Notes under the pieces: model-generated | The model's input: the letters and a program-made list of their open reading frames with translations, nothing else | The model's database searches: none | What the model was told of the DNA's origin: nothing | Part shown: positions 27,044 to 40,778 of the stretch, piece after piece | How positions within the stretch are numbered: the first letter of the stretch is position 1 | How the letters are laid out: each line of letters begins with the position of its first letter | Position numbers and translations under genes: made by a program | Origin: Paraphysomonas bandaiensis | Taxonomy: Eukaryota; Protista; Chrysophyceae | DNA length: 64,000 nt | Direction: 5' to 3' | NCBI GenBank assembly: GCA_965644295.1 | Contig: CBFFRP010000655.1 | Location: 1 to 64,000, forward strand

Positions 27044-27286
27044 TCATCTTAGCTTCATTGACAGTGCCGACTCAAGTGTGGGGCGGTTTTTAGGTGCGAA
27101 AAATACCCGGGCCCCATAGTCAATTATATTGTCAGGTTTAACTCGCAATACCTCTGATTTAAACATTGTCAGAATCACGTTAAGTTCAGGATGTTCTCTA
27201 ATATAAGCCTCCCGAGCCAAAAACTCATCATCACAGGTCCAGATAGTTTCTTTGGAGCAACTCTCACTATTCTGGTTGCTGGTCAT
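27044..27286 (-). CDS. Small RIIa dimerization/docking domain protein (RIIAD1-like)
   Basis: EAYIREHPELNVILTMFKSEVLRVKPDNIIDYGARVFF fits the RIIa D/D pattern. Confidence 0.7.
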   Translation of the reverse strand: MTSNQNSESCSKETIWTCDDEFLAREAYIREHPELNVILTMFKSEVLRVKPDNIIDYGARVFFAPKNRPTLESALSMKLR

Positions 27287-28486
27287 ATCAAAACAACACA
27301 AGAAAGTAAAGTAGATCTGTGTGTATATATATCTAATCAACAAGGAAAGCCTACAGCTCCACTCAGTTAAGGATACAATTGAACTCTATGGGAGGCAGTT
27401 GTGACACCCTGTGAGGAAGATAAACAGTGTTAATGTCTGACTATACGGAGTTGGATAGAGTTCTGTTAGCTAGTGTATATATGAGATAGACGTGCTGTGT
27501 ACATGTATATATAACTGACTGTTGATGTATACAGCAGCATACAGCATGTACCTATGTACGGTATACGTATATTATACTGCACGAATACGTGTATACATCC
27601 ACTGTTGTACATATGGATATGTACTGCTGTATGGTGTATATGGACACAGCCACGTACATATCTAGTGGTAGATATATATGGACACACTGGCCCTGTGTGT
27701 ACACATACATTCATATATGTATGTATACTATGGATGAGATCTATATTTAGTCAATGGTAAGCAAGAGGAAAAGAAAGCCACCTTCCGTGAAGGATGTGAA
27801 GGTGATGATACTGGAGGGTGTGTGTATGATGTATGACATAAAGCGATAGAGGGATACTGCTCTGTATAATCAACACATACAGCCAGTGACTCTCTGCTGC
27901 GATATATACAATGAAAACTAGATGTGGTTAGTGAGATGGATAATGAGATTAAGGCTTTACAGAGTTGTATTTTATGGGTTCGTTATCCTAAACGAGTAAT
28001 CCAGATGAAACGGAAGGCAATACAGACATAGAAATACTCCTCATATGAAGCAGTGACTTGTGTGTTGAATCAAGTTAAAGAAAGATTCGTGAAATTATAG
28101 CCAGTAAGTTATTAGACAAAGTGAGCCAGAGCTAGTGGAATGATGTTGTAGAGATTTCTAATGTGTATCATCATTGATTACAAGTAACACAATATTTGGA
28201 GTACTTTAATAGTTCAATTGCTTTCAAAACTACTACAATATTTTAAAATTTAAACGCATTTAGAAACTGTAGAGCGTAGAATCAAGAGAATTGTACAAAT
28301 CTCAGAGTTGCAACTAATGCAATATATGCTGAGCTTTAAATGGTGCAAGGAGAACTTGATGTGAAGCACTTAAAGGCATCAAACACTTACCAACATCTAC
28401 GAGAATACAAGTAACTTCCTGAAGAATTACTACTATATGTTGTGATATATTATGCAATTTACATACAAATATGGGAACATCTATAT

Positions 28487-29773
28487 TTAGAATATCATTT
28501 CCTCTGGTGGGGATGCAAAATGAGATTGCTCTACATTTTCTAGGAGATGCTTATAGAGGCGAGAATATTTAAACCCAAATGGAATCGTGATGATAGGTCT
28601 CCGTCGTAATTTTCTTGAACTACTTTTTCCAATGTCATCAGTACCGTCCTTACTTTTAGCATTATCCGATGATCCGCTAATAATAGACAATCCATCGTCA
28701 TTGGATTCATATGTAATATATTCCACGAGATAGGGTTGTTTACTTGCACTTCCACCTCCCGAAATCGTACTACCGTCTATAATAACTATGACCTTACTCC
28801 AACCCCTAAAAGTAAAATTTAACAGGGGGCCGAATTCAATCATAAACTTTCTAAGTTTGCCGAGAACCTCCAGTTCCTTCGAAGGAGAGGGTGAGCCCCG
28901 GACCATCACATTGCCGTTGGAAATGAACCGATCCACCTCAAGCAGGGTGACTGCCTCGCGCTCGGTCATGGACCCCCTATGACCTCTGCTACTATTGCTG
29001 TGTGAATTGAATATACTAGCTAATCTAGAATGATTATCCCGTTTTCCCCATCTGGCAAGGCTGTCCCTTTCTGCAGCATGTTCCTGCAGTCGCTCCAATG
29101 CCATTTTCTCCTGCTGTTTCATTAGATTCTCACTGGCAGCTCTGCTCGATGTAGTAGTCCTCTTTGCAAACCCAGCTCGTGCAACCCATTCACTCTGTTG
29201 GTCCATTGTTCGGCTCCGACGCTTCCTAGTTTGCGGTATTTCTTCCACTTCTTCGGTGTCCGCGTCCGTATTAGAATTACCATCATACCACGGGTTACGG
29301 AGACCTGCAGACACTAATAAATCCCCAATATTTATTAAGAGGCGGTCAATAGCGGAAGAAGCTGTGCTGTGGCCCAGTGACTGTCTAGAAGATAGGTGCA
29401 TCGGTGTCCTGAAGCTCTTTGCAATTCGACGCACATTAGTTTCGTTACCATCACTAGACTCTGCTTCACTTGTAACTTTCTCTTTGACATAAAACACAAA
29501 TGAATACGATGTCGGAAGAGGCTTTGTAACATCAAGACTACCGCGTCTTTCCAACGTGTCCACCATAGTCTGGGCTGTGTCTGCTAATTCGTTCAAAGAC
29601 TGTAGAAATTTTAAATTCGCGTTCTTCACATCAGCAGTGCTCGAAGAAAACAAGTCAGGATGAATGAGTTTCACAAACGGAGACAAATTGCGTCGTATAG
29701 AAGTTGATGCTTGTCTAATCAACTGTGGCTTCGAGAGATTTCCACGACTGCATACATACAGAGACGACAACAT
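28487..29773 (-). CDS. DUF4460/TCAIM-like protein, probably mitochondrial, intronless
   Basis: LSPFVKLIHPDLF..KNANLKFLQSLN resembles the DUF4460 J-like HPD segment; Arg/Ser-rich N-terminus without acidic residues. Confidence 0.65.
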   Translation of the reverse strand: MLSSLYVCSRGNLSKPQLIRQASTSIRRNLSPFVKLIHPDLFSSSTADVKNANLKFLQSLNELADTAQTMVDTLERRGSLDVTKPLPTSYSFVFYVKEKVTSEAESSDGNETNVRRIAKSFRTPMHLSSRQSLGHSTASSAIDRLLINIGDLLVSAGLRNPWYDGNSNTDADTEEVEEIPQTRKRRSRTMDQQSEWVARAGFAKRTTTSSRAASENLMKQQEKMALERLQEHAAERDSLARWGKRDNHSRLASIFNSHSNSSRGHRGSMTEREAVTLLEVDRFISNGNVMVRGSPSPSKELEVLGKLRKFMIEFGPLLNFTFRGWSKVIVIIDGSTISGGGSASKQPYLVEYITYESNDDGLSIISGSSDNAKSKDGTDDIGKSSSRKLRRRPIITIPFGFKYSRLYKHLLENVEQSHFASPPEEMIF

Positions 29774-30350
29774 CACACTAACAACTGAGAGGACAAACCG
29801 ATAAAACTATTAATCTAACTGAAAAGTGCTTTATTTCACGACAGATCATCGATCAGCTAGCATGATGAATGGTGGGAATTATCGTTAATGCATAACAGAC
29901 AACAACGCCAGTAGAGTGAGAGGAATAGACAAGCCGACAATGAAGACAACCATCCACTCACCGTACACTTATAGTACAACCATAAATTACAGTAAATTCT
30001 AGTTTTTAGATACCTTTTTCTACAAGTTTTTGTATAATTTTAGATTTAGAGTCTAGAATTTCTGAAATGTGGGATTTTTATAGGAGGTTGGCACACATTA
30101 TTGAAAAAGCATATGAAAAAACAAAAAACGAAACTGAAATATATAACGTTTAAAGATACCTTTTTGTAGTGCATATAATTACCACAAAAATTTCGCATAG
30201 AAGATACACAAACGATCAGTTGAGATGATAGCATGATATCATAACAGCGTACACATACATACATGCATACATACATACATATATATAGCTCACTATATCT
30301 CCACAGTCAGCAGCTAGCCTCAGTATCTTACCTTTACATATTTTATAAAG

Positions 30351-32067
30351 ATGGGAAACGCTTTTAATAATCCTCTTGATGAGTCTAAACAGGCTCGTAT
30401 GAATGAGATCATCTCTGAAGTGGTCGGAGTGTTCGCTAAGGAGTTTCCTCTTCATTATAAAGATGCTCTAATTGAACAACTTAAAGAAGAAGCTCAACCA
30501 GAAGAAGAAGATGATAGACTTCTTCCTGATGCTCCTACACCTGACTATGAGCTGAAGACTGGTACTATGACTAAGGTATGTATGTAGAGAAGATATTTTG
30601 GCGATAGATATGTAACGGTGTGTATAGAGAGGAGATCTTGTTAAGAACTGGAAAGTTCGTTACTTCCGTGCTCTTAATGAAGCTGATAATTTCCGAATTG
30701 AGTACTTCGAGAAGGAGGGTGGTAAGATGAAGGGTCAAGTTAACTGCTGTGGATACCGTGCGGAGGAATTCGATGAGGACGAGGTGAAGGAGTATGGGCC
30801 CAACGGTAAATTCGGTATCAAACTCGTACCTTACGACAGCAGGAGGCGCCAGTGGGCATTTTCTTGTGAAACTGAGGAGGACAAGACGGAGTGGCTCAAA
30901 GTTTTTAATAATGCCTGCCGTAAGGCCAAGCCACCTGTGAACGACAACCCCCTGATCGCCACTGCTTTCCGCGGCGCTCTCAAGGCCGTTCGTTGGGCAT
31001 ACGGCTTTTACGGATGGTACTCTATCACTGGAACTGAGGCTGAGATGCTTGGTGGTCTCTGCAGTGATATCCTCAACAGGGAGCTTATAGATGATGTTAT
31101 CTACAACATTCCTGCTGGCCCCCAGAGAAATGCTGTGGCTGGTATGGTGCGCAAGACTGTGGACACCACTGTGGTCGCTGCAGTCAGCGCTGCCTGGAAC
31201 TCCTCTGTGGCCGCTTGTGAGAGCCTCCAGGACACGCTCAAGAGCACTGCCTCAAGTCTTCTTACTCCTCTTTTTGAGCAGGAAGTTGCCCTCAAGGCGA
31301 AGATTGTTGATACCGTAAGTGGTACTGTCAATCCATTTCTGGAGGACGTTGGTGGTCGTATCTGCCGTCCTATTGTGCGCATTTGCTCAACTCCTATCAC
31401 CAAGGCTTACATAGCCGCAATTAACGGCCTCTCTACGTTTATGAAGAAGCAGATTTCGGATGGAGCTTTCGATAAGGATTCCTTTGATCACAATATATCC
31501 TGGGCCCACAGAAGTGTGGAATACTGGTGGTCTGGACCTCTCGAAGAGACTAACCGTCTCTGCTGGAAACTTTACACATCTGATCTTGGTGAGGTGGCAG
31601 CCTTTCTGTCTGGGGGATTCACTGCGTACTCTCTATATTCGGATGCTCTGGATGCTATCAGGGACCTCACACATCGAGCAATTCACAAGTTCGAAACCTT
31701 AGTAAGGGAGGCTGGAACATTCACTAACATGGATGCCGTTCTTAATGATGTGCTCTCCAAAATGGTTCATGATGCCAAGCTATCTGTCAAGAATGTTCTC
31801 AATTCTATTCTGGGTGGAACCCTACAAGAGCCCCTTGAGAGCGGTGTAATCAGCCCTTGCTTGGAGCTCACCAAGCCCATCCAGGACGTTATCGACTCTA
31901 TCCCAGTCCCGGGTCTATCAGATCTGTTCAACTTGACCTCGTTAGTGGAAAACTGTCTTGGTGAAATTGTTGATGGCGCTGTGGGTGCGATTGTTGATGG
32001 TTCCTTCGGAGATGTCGCCCAACAGATTGAGAGCACAGGGTCTGAGCTTGGTCTGCAGACTGTCTAA
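30351..32067 (+). CDS. Niban/FAM129-like PH-domain protein (2 exons)
   Basis: MG start; F.KEF..HYK.AL; GTMTK|RGDLVKNWKVRYF PH domain ending EDKTEWLKVFNNAC; AFRGALKAVRWAYGFYGW..GTEAEMLG; long helical C-terminal half. Confidence 0.75.
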
Positions 32068-33262
32068 CTTGTTGTAATGTCTTCCTTCCTTTGCTGTGAT
32101 GTCTGTGCACATGTTGCCAACTAGTCGTCTGCCAATTGAAGCAGCCATTATTATTTAAGGCTTCTTGAATACTGTGCATACTTTCTAGGTTGCCTGCTGC
32201 AGACTTGTCGTTAGATATTACTACATGCAAAGTGTAACCTAAGAAACGCAAATTAACTGAGAAATAGTTTCAAAAAGTATCAACAAAAGTTTGGTAGTGG
32301 CTACGATCGTTGTATTATCTATATTATCTGCTCTGTCCGTTCTACTTCTCATAGAAATATCCTATAATACCAGGGTATGATACTGTAACAAAACTCAGTA
32401 ACCGCAACATTCAATCAGTAAGCATTGTGATAAAAGTTTCACATATATTTTGTCTTCAGAGCACCGGGTATTTTAAAAAGTTCAACTTCAATATTCGATT
32501 CAAACTGAAAATATATCATATCTTAATTATGATGAGATAGTCAATAGTCATATGGATGTGATTTCATTACATTACACTATTACACAATTGTAGAGAATCC
32601 ACAATGATGAGTCTAACTTCTAAAGCAGATCATCACACTCGTCGTTATATTTCAGTCTAAGTCTCAGGGCCAGGTAGAAATATATTGGATTGCAATATAT
32701 TGCAGAATGAATATTGCGATTACTAATTTTTGCTCGCTACAATATATTTGTTATTATTTTAGCGAAATTTGGCCTCGCAATATATTGCAATATATGATAT
32801 ATATAGCTCATGCGTGCGCGTCTTCGAAAATAGATTTGATTAATCATAAATGTGATGAACATAGTAATGCAGGAAAGTGGATAATAATGCAGAACATAAC
32901 TATCATATACAACGGAATAGTTACAAGTATAACTGATAATGACGATCGTTATGATGACGATCACGTATCTTCTACAGATACTCTCTCTAATTCAGTTCAT
33001 GATATATTCATTGAGCATCATAACTCACATATACTATCATCTTATATTACGATGAATCCTAATATCAAACAATTCTGATAGTTATCTGCAACGAAGAACG
33101 CTATTCATGTTTAATATTAGAATTCGTATTGTCTCTGTCAAGCTATTCACCAATAGCAAACTCCTAACTATTAAAAGTTCTGCCTCTTCATACAACTAAA
33201 GACTAAGACTATCCAAATATATTTTAGTATGATCTGTAAGAGCATGTTAGTTAGTCTGAAGT

Positions 33263-33600
33263 AGAAGATCATACTGATGACAGTGCAAGTGATCTATTTT
33301 CATATATCTAGATCTTCGAAACAGGAACTTCAAGCATATTACTGGAGAGTTCATATGTCACAGAGTAGTGAATGTCTTATTATTAGCAATAGTACTAATA
33401 TAGTATTGCAATTTTTATAACTTACTAGTGCTTTACTCTTAACTCTGATATCCTACTATTTAACGCTATTAAAGCTGCTTGTGTGTCACCGCAAGCACCA
33501 AGGTGCAAGGTGCAACTACTTTCGCTATATCACGCAAAGCAAACGCAAGCGAGTAAGCCGAATGTTGATATAATACCTGATATCTGAAGACTTCAAGATT
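33263..33600 (-). mobile_element. Dispersed repeat copy (segment C plus reversed segment A)
   Basis: Reverse complement of 33449-33508 = ttgcaccttggtgcttgcggtgacacacaagcagcttt..gcgttaaatagtaggat; 33540-33600 matches 13870-13925. Confidence 0.8.
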
Positions 33601-35155
33601 TCTGAATCCTTAAGAAATCTGGGTAATATCAAAGAAGAACATGAGTAGCATATTAAGGACAGCTTGTAACGAAAGAAATACTCATAATTACAACAACTAG
33701 TATTGCAACTCTTTTCTTTATCTTTAACCTCTCAGGTACATATTACATAAAAATAATCATTCTATTTTATAATTTACCAGGTTCTGGCATTATTCCGGCA
33801 CCCTAATGTGGTACGGGTACATTTGTTGTAGGCATTATTGAAATTTGGGGATTTATTATATTGTTTCTTTGAGCTAATCTAGTACAATTACCATTCTATT
33901 ATATGTAGATACGATAGATTTCAATCAATACTTTGATTTTGCATTTGTCTTCTTAATGTTAATCAGGAAACACCTATTTTTTCTTACAGTAGGAAGCAAG
34001 CTACATTTGACTATTATATATACAATCTAGATATTAGGTTTTCGAAATATGATGATGAGGATAATCGCATTTATTCAAGTATTAATTGTTACCGGGCAAT
34101 TGAATTCTGTAGCTTCAAGATATTGATTTAGGACAGTAAGTGACAAATAGATCACAGTTTGACCACGCCGAGATTACAAGTATTAGGAGTGTGTATGAGC
34201 TGTGGAGTATCTATATATATGGTCTCTATTTATTGCTGACGGTTTTTGGCATGTTGGAATAGCATGAGTGACTATACTACTGTGTAGAGATCTGGTGGTG
34301 ACTGCTATATGGCTGCTAGCTAAGGTTAGAAGCGAGTTGTACTTACTTGTCTGGGCTACGCTAGGACGAGTGAGACCCTATCTAGTGATATATATACTGT
34401 GTGCTGTGGCATATATATTATATTTATTTACATGCTTGATGAGCTCTACACATCATCACTTTGGATTCACTATGTCATACTATTTTCATGCTTATCACGT
34501 CACTCACATTACATTAGTATGCACCACATCATACATTGTACGCACTTACACCAATCTGACATTCATCATTATCGCATTATACATACCATACACTTTACAC
34601 ATAATATGAACACCACGCTGCGTTGGTACTAATTCTTCTCTAGCTGCAGATAGAAGGAACTCGACGTCAGTGTAGTACATTCATTTATGTCCATCCTCTT
34701 ATAATACCTCTATATGTATGCATATTTCCCTCTATGCCTTTCATTACACACTTATTACTTATTACCATGCATGCTGTAGCATAGTGTACATATGCTTGTA
34801 TAAGATCCAAGTCTTGTCATAAGCACGATATGCATGTATATGATGTATGTTTAGTATATGTACGCTTTGTATCACCTAAGAGTCCATTCATATTGTTATG
34901 AGGCTGTTGTTCCACTGTGTGAGGTCTTCATATCACTGAGATTTCTCTGAAGCTTTCAAGTAATGTAAGTTCCAGATATGGCAGACATTCATGCTTTTAA
35001 GTTTCCCACACCATAAACATCAATGATACAATATTGTTTTACTAGTAGTCACACTGTCAGATTAGTGTTATAAAACATAAAACCCATCATATTTACTCCA
35101 CTACAACTTACATGTATTATTCTCTACTGCACAAGAGAAAAATGAGCACATCATT

Positions 35156-38100
35156 TTACCCGAACACATTGTCAACAACACTGCTATCAATATTCGGTGC
35201 TCTTACAGCCTCGTTTGTACTGGTATGACTTGAGTTTACGGCGGTTCCAAACTCTGTGGCATCGTTACCTTCGTCAGAATTAAAAGCATTGCGACCCTCT
35301 TCAGGTTCTCGCACAACGGCATCAGTTGCTTTGCTATTATCAAATGACTCAAAACGATTGTCTGTGCGCTCCTCAGACAAGCCACTGCACTCCTGTGCCA
35401 CATGGTCCCTTTCACCACTGTCATCAGCAATGTCCACGGAATCTGTCAAATTAACAGATTTCTCACGAGACCCTTCTTCACTAACAACGTTACCAGTATC
35501 TGCCAAGTTATCTAATCTCTCACGAGGACCCACATTACTCTCAGAGCCATCATTCACTAATGATTCTTTTAGTTTCTCAGGAGACCCTTCCTCAGCGCGA
35601 CTACTTCTCTCATTTTCATTGAGAGGTGTAAACAGCACAGATGCTGCCGGAGAAGTCTGTGTGACCACCTCACGTGGATGGTCACTTGGCCCACTACTGC
35701 TACCACCATTGCCCTGTATCACATCAATTCCAGCGGCCAGACTACGTTGCAAAGCCAGAATAGCAGCACGAGCGGAGGTGGTGCCGTCAGGTTTGTCGGC
35801 AGAACTTGAGTCTTTGGCAGCGATACTTGCACTTTTGTGCGGGCTGGAGCTGTCCGTATGCATAGATCCCTTGTTATTATCCGACTGGCCTTCAAAGATA
35901 TCGGAGTCGTTTTCCACAGCACATGAGGTGTCAATGTCAGAGGTTATCGGTGTAGGGGTGGCGAGAGATGGTGTGCCACCCGAGGCTACAGGTGTAGAGG
36001 TGAGTGATGGTGTGCCATCAGAGCCCATCTCTTCAGGAATTACTTGCAATGACACGGTACCACTGATAGCAGAAGAATTTGAAAAATGTGGAGTACATAT
36101 AGAGTAAAGTTGCCCCTCGCCCACTTCTTCCTGAATAGACGGTCCAACTTTTCCGTGCTGCTTCTTCGTATCAGTGGAAGGAGTATCCTTCTGTCCTTCG
36201 CTGTCCTCGCCCCCGATGGACTGCACAGACTGTCCCTCCTCGCCGTTGACAGTCTGAACTGGCTGTCCCTCTTCACACTGAACGGGTCGAGCTGGTTGCT
36301 CCTCTTTCGAATTCATGTACGTCGCTATTGCACTCTGAATGATGGCATTGATGTCAGCATCCTTGGTCCCTGCTTGATTTGCCGTTGATACCGCAGCAGC
36401 AATTGCCTTCTCCATGTCACTGTCAGGGGGCACTGGAGGGGCTACACTGGAAGCAGCAGTTCCGGTGTTATTCGACTCTGATTTGACCTTCCGCTAAATA
36501 TAAAAATATTACTGTTGCACGCTATATATAAAGAATATAATAAAAAGATACACAACCATGTATTAGAAAATAAAAGTGACATGTAACCAACAGTTGAATC
36601 GTACCGGAATAACCTTGCTTGCATGAAAAAGTTCCTTTGGAGCGCCAGAAGCAGCCTTTCCCTTTTTAGGACTACGCGCATGTTAGAGGTACCACATAGA
36701 TAACAAAATATATACCTCGAGTACGCTGACGAGGATCCGCCAGCTGCTGCTTTGTCTCGAACAGCACTCGAGGCAGTGTGGGTCATATGCATATTCCCTT
36801 TCCTTCTCGGCCTATTCGGACTGACAGAACCGTCCTCACCAACAGAGCTTTCAATAACAGCTGACCGGGCAGCGAAGGACGTGTCCAGTACAGGGACAGG
36901 GGGAGGTGGTAGTGCACCGATCTGCTCAGCGGTGGCAGTGACAAGAGCTTCATAATCGCTACTTTTAGACTTCAGCTGACTAGCCAGAGTAGGTTTCATC
37001 AGCAGACTCTCTCTCTTCGTGGCAGATGCTGTAGATTTCTTGGCCGCTGCAGTAGAGCCCGGCTCTGTAGGGGCGGTGGATGCGTCGTCGAAGGTGTCCA
37101 CACTTGTAACAGACATTTGCCGCAGAGGTTGCTTGCTTAGACGCTCGAATATCGACCCTGTGTACTCGCTTACCCTAGATTGCTGCATGTAAGTAATATT
37201 TACCTTTTCTGGACCGGCCTGCACTGGAGCTTCTTCTGCTACTAGTCACTGAATGAAGCTACAAAAAAAAACTTGTTAATAAATATAGCATTTGTCGCAT
37301 CATAGACACATTCAAGTGCAGTGAAGGTATGACAATCACTCAGTCAACGTTCGACAACTCACATCACTGTCCAGGGATTGCCTCAAAGTTTGGGATTCCC
37401 CTACCCTTCTTATATCTCCACTAGTTGCTCGACTGAGATCCAATGCTTTAGTTCTCTCCACTTGGCCATCCTCGGGCAGACTGGCATCATCACTCATGAG
37501 TGGGTATGAGGTTGCGTAGTCATCAAAAGATTCTTCAAGAGATGACTGCAGAACCAGTAATTCCGACTCCTTCGGAATGCTGGGGTTAAATGTGCACCCT
37601 TCCAGCTATAGGAACACAAATCAAACACATCACATTAATAGAGCCTCTCTAGTACTTATGCCACACTTGAAATATCGTACATCACATATAGATGAATAAA
37701 GCAACCAAAGAAGTTTTACCTCTTGCTTAGCCCGGGCTTTGGCATTTTCTATCATGACCGTTTTCCGTCTACAGATAACGTCATAATATTGCAGCATTTT
37801 CAGGTTGTTCATAGTACTAACCTTTCCCCGGCCTTGATAAGTCTATCATGAACCGGAACATGAGCCTCCTCCGGTTTGCGCCTACACAAGATGATGAGTA
37901 TTCGCATTTTATTCTGTGCTGCATATTCTGGTAATCTTACAAAACGAGCCAACCGAAAGACATAATAAGCAGACAATATCATCGAATGGCTAACAACCTT
38001 TTGGGGGCGCTCTTCGCTCTCTTATTTAGCACTGGAGTGAACGTTAACTCAGGGTCGTCTACAGGTTTAGCTTTCTCAGCTGCTTCCTTACGAAGAACTG

Positions 38101-40321
38101 CGGCTTGAGAGAGCCTATCAAATACACTCCCGGTCTCCGTATTCGACGAAGGTGGGGAATGGGGAGCAACCCTGCGCCGAGGGCTCGACGGGGACGAGCA
38201 AAGAGTGGGAGAAAATGTAAGTTCTTCTCTTTCCTCGGCAAGTATTCGCTCGCGAACAACTGCATACCCACGATTGATGCTAAATATAAGTTTGCAAACG
38301 AGGCACATTTACTTACGCTCTCTTTTCTTCTTGTACTCAGAAGCGCTCTGATTAAGTCTCTCGTATATATCCTTTCCGCCACTAGCCGGGGTGCCATTTC
38401 TATCTTGTGTGTAACTGTGGGCAGTAGGCCGAGAGGGTGTAGATACTAGAGTGGGCTTAAATGGAAGTCGCGCTTTCTGCTCAGCCTCAATTCTTTCCTT
38501 CAATGCTATGCACAATATCACAACTGAATGCGGGCAGATGAAATGCAGGCACTTGTATACAAAATAATACAACCAAGATAATCTTACCATCCTTTCTCTT
38601 CTTCAACTCCTCAGCTTGTTGGCTCAACCTAGCACCATATATCAAATTGTTAGGTGCCACTTCTACCGATGTACCTGAGATGTACGGGAGTTGAGCTGCG
38701 GGGTGCTGGTGATTGTCCATCTGACCCCATTGACTGTTTACTATTGCTTCTTGACACAGGGCGTCCAGGAGATGGAGGACGGGCTTTCAGCTGGGGTTTG
38801 AAGGTACATTCCTGCAGTAAATGGCGTTACACCCTTCTATGCAGCATAAAACAGCCGCTACTCATGTCGGTTATACTGCTTCTACGAGAATTGCACAGAA
38901 GAACAGACACTAGATTGGCTTAAGAGTACCTGTAACTCCTTGTTGGCGAGTTCATCTTTCTTAGCCTTCATTTTGGAACTAATCCTGTTATCAGCAGCAC
39001 GGCATCTCTCCTCAAAGGACCCTAATTAAATATTATAATATATAAACGTTAATGCTGCGGTTGTGCCACAGAGCACGAGTACAGAATGCGCACCCAAAGT
39101 TGAACGCACCAGTTACTTCAAACTTCTGCTTCTCCTTGATCCCATACTCGGGAATACCCCTCCGAATGCGATCTTCTCTCTCGCGTTCAATCCTTTGCTG
39201 CTCTTCCTTCCTAAGTTGTTCTGCTTTCGCAGCTAATCGTTCTTCCTTTTTACTTGCATCTACGACCAGAAAGTAAACCAGATCCCAAATAGAACAAAGC
39301 TAAGGTTTCATAATGATTAATTCACTTACCCATGTAAAGTCGGTCAAACCGCTTTCCATCAGACAAAGAGCTCTGTGTACTACTGTAAACGCCCCTGCCA
39401 GCGCTAGCGGATCTTCCCTGCTGTTTTCCTTTGGCAATAGTGGGGTGGAAAGTGCACTCCGCTATATATAATGTTATATTTCAGCGTTCCACTACTGCGA
39501 CGATACATATGTGCACAATTTCCCATGCACCATTAATCAATATACAACTAACACGAAATCTCAACAATAAACGCATTGGCTTAGTCATATGAAAGTAGAG
39601 TATTGCCGCCAATGCACTGATGGCAGTGACATACCTAGCTGTTCTTGCTCTATTTGCTTTCTCAGCTTATCGATTTTCTCCCCCTTGTGTCTGGCGCTTT
39701 CATATAACCTGGTGGGTGTGCTGGCCCTGGCTCTCTGGCTACTCGCGGCTACACTGCTGCTCGTGGTGACGAGTGTCGGCTTGAATGGGCAGTCAGCTGG
39801 TGGGCGACTACTTATATCCTGTTGTCTCGCCTTTCGGTTGGCAGCCTCTTCATAAAGCCTCCTGTAAAGAAATTTTGGTGTCATCAACGATAAAGAAAAT
39901 ACTAGTTCATGCAGACCTAGATACTGGTGTATGACTTTCTCTTTGTGATCTATGTGAACTGGTGACATGCGTATCTGGCTTGAACGTACAGCCTTCAGGG
40001 GTCTTTTGCATCATGTTTTGCATCCGTTCACGGTGAGCTTCCGCATCATGATACAAGTGGCTGTACATCACATCACATGAGTACCTATAAGATACACGTT
40101 GGCAATAATACATACTCTGGAGATCGGGATCTCTGGGGGTGGGTAACTTTAGACTGCTGTGCATCGGCGACAGTGTCAAATCCATTCGGTTCCTCCCTGG
40201 ATGAATTCAGATATCTCTCAGTAACTGACTTGTGAGTGCCCATATCAGGAGACTCTAGAGGTGAAACATGACTCCCATTAAGAGCAGTATTCTCTATAGA
40301 TAAGTCCTCAACTTCAGACAT
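35156..40321 (-). CDS. Large multi-exon protein with CTFKP / RLY repeats and an acidic low-complexity C-terminus; putative microtubule-associated protein
   Basis: GCTFKP, DCPFKPTL, ECTFHPTI, ECTFKPQL, LPFKPTL, LTFSPTL, LTFTPVL and CTFNPSI alternate with RLY/FDRL/YERL motifs and coiled coils. Confidence 0.7.
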
Positions 40322-40644
40322 CTCAATGAATTCGATTTATCACTACAAGAAATCAGTGTTCATTACCACACACAAATAACACTGATAAAAACAAGTTCAT
40401 ACCAGCCGCTATATATTATTTAATAAAGTATTTAACGTAATATCCAAGTAGTTAATAGTCTCGTAAATTAAACGAGACTGGCTTATTAATATGCTACTTG
40501 GAGGTGATAGAGGTGGCTTAAAACAGCACGACAATGCTCGTGATTTCTATCAAAGGGCTATTACACATGCGATGGTATATACGAGTTGATTACAAGGCAG
40601 GGCAACAATTCATAGTGATGTTAGAATAACACTGAGACGAGGGC

Positions 40645-40778
40645 ATGTATGTATGTATGTATGTATGTATGTATGTATGTATGTATGTATGTATGTATGT
40701 ATGTATGTATGTATGTATGTATGTATGTATGTATGTATGTATGTATGTATGTATGTATGTATGTATGTATGTATGTAT
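40645..40778. repeat. (ATGT)n microsatellite, ~33 units
   Basis: Pure tetranucleotide run. Confidence 0.98.
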
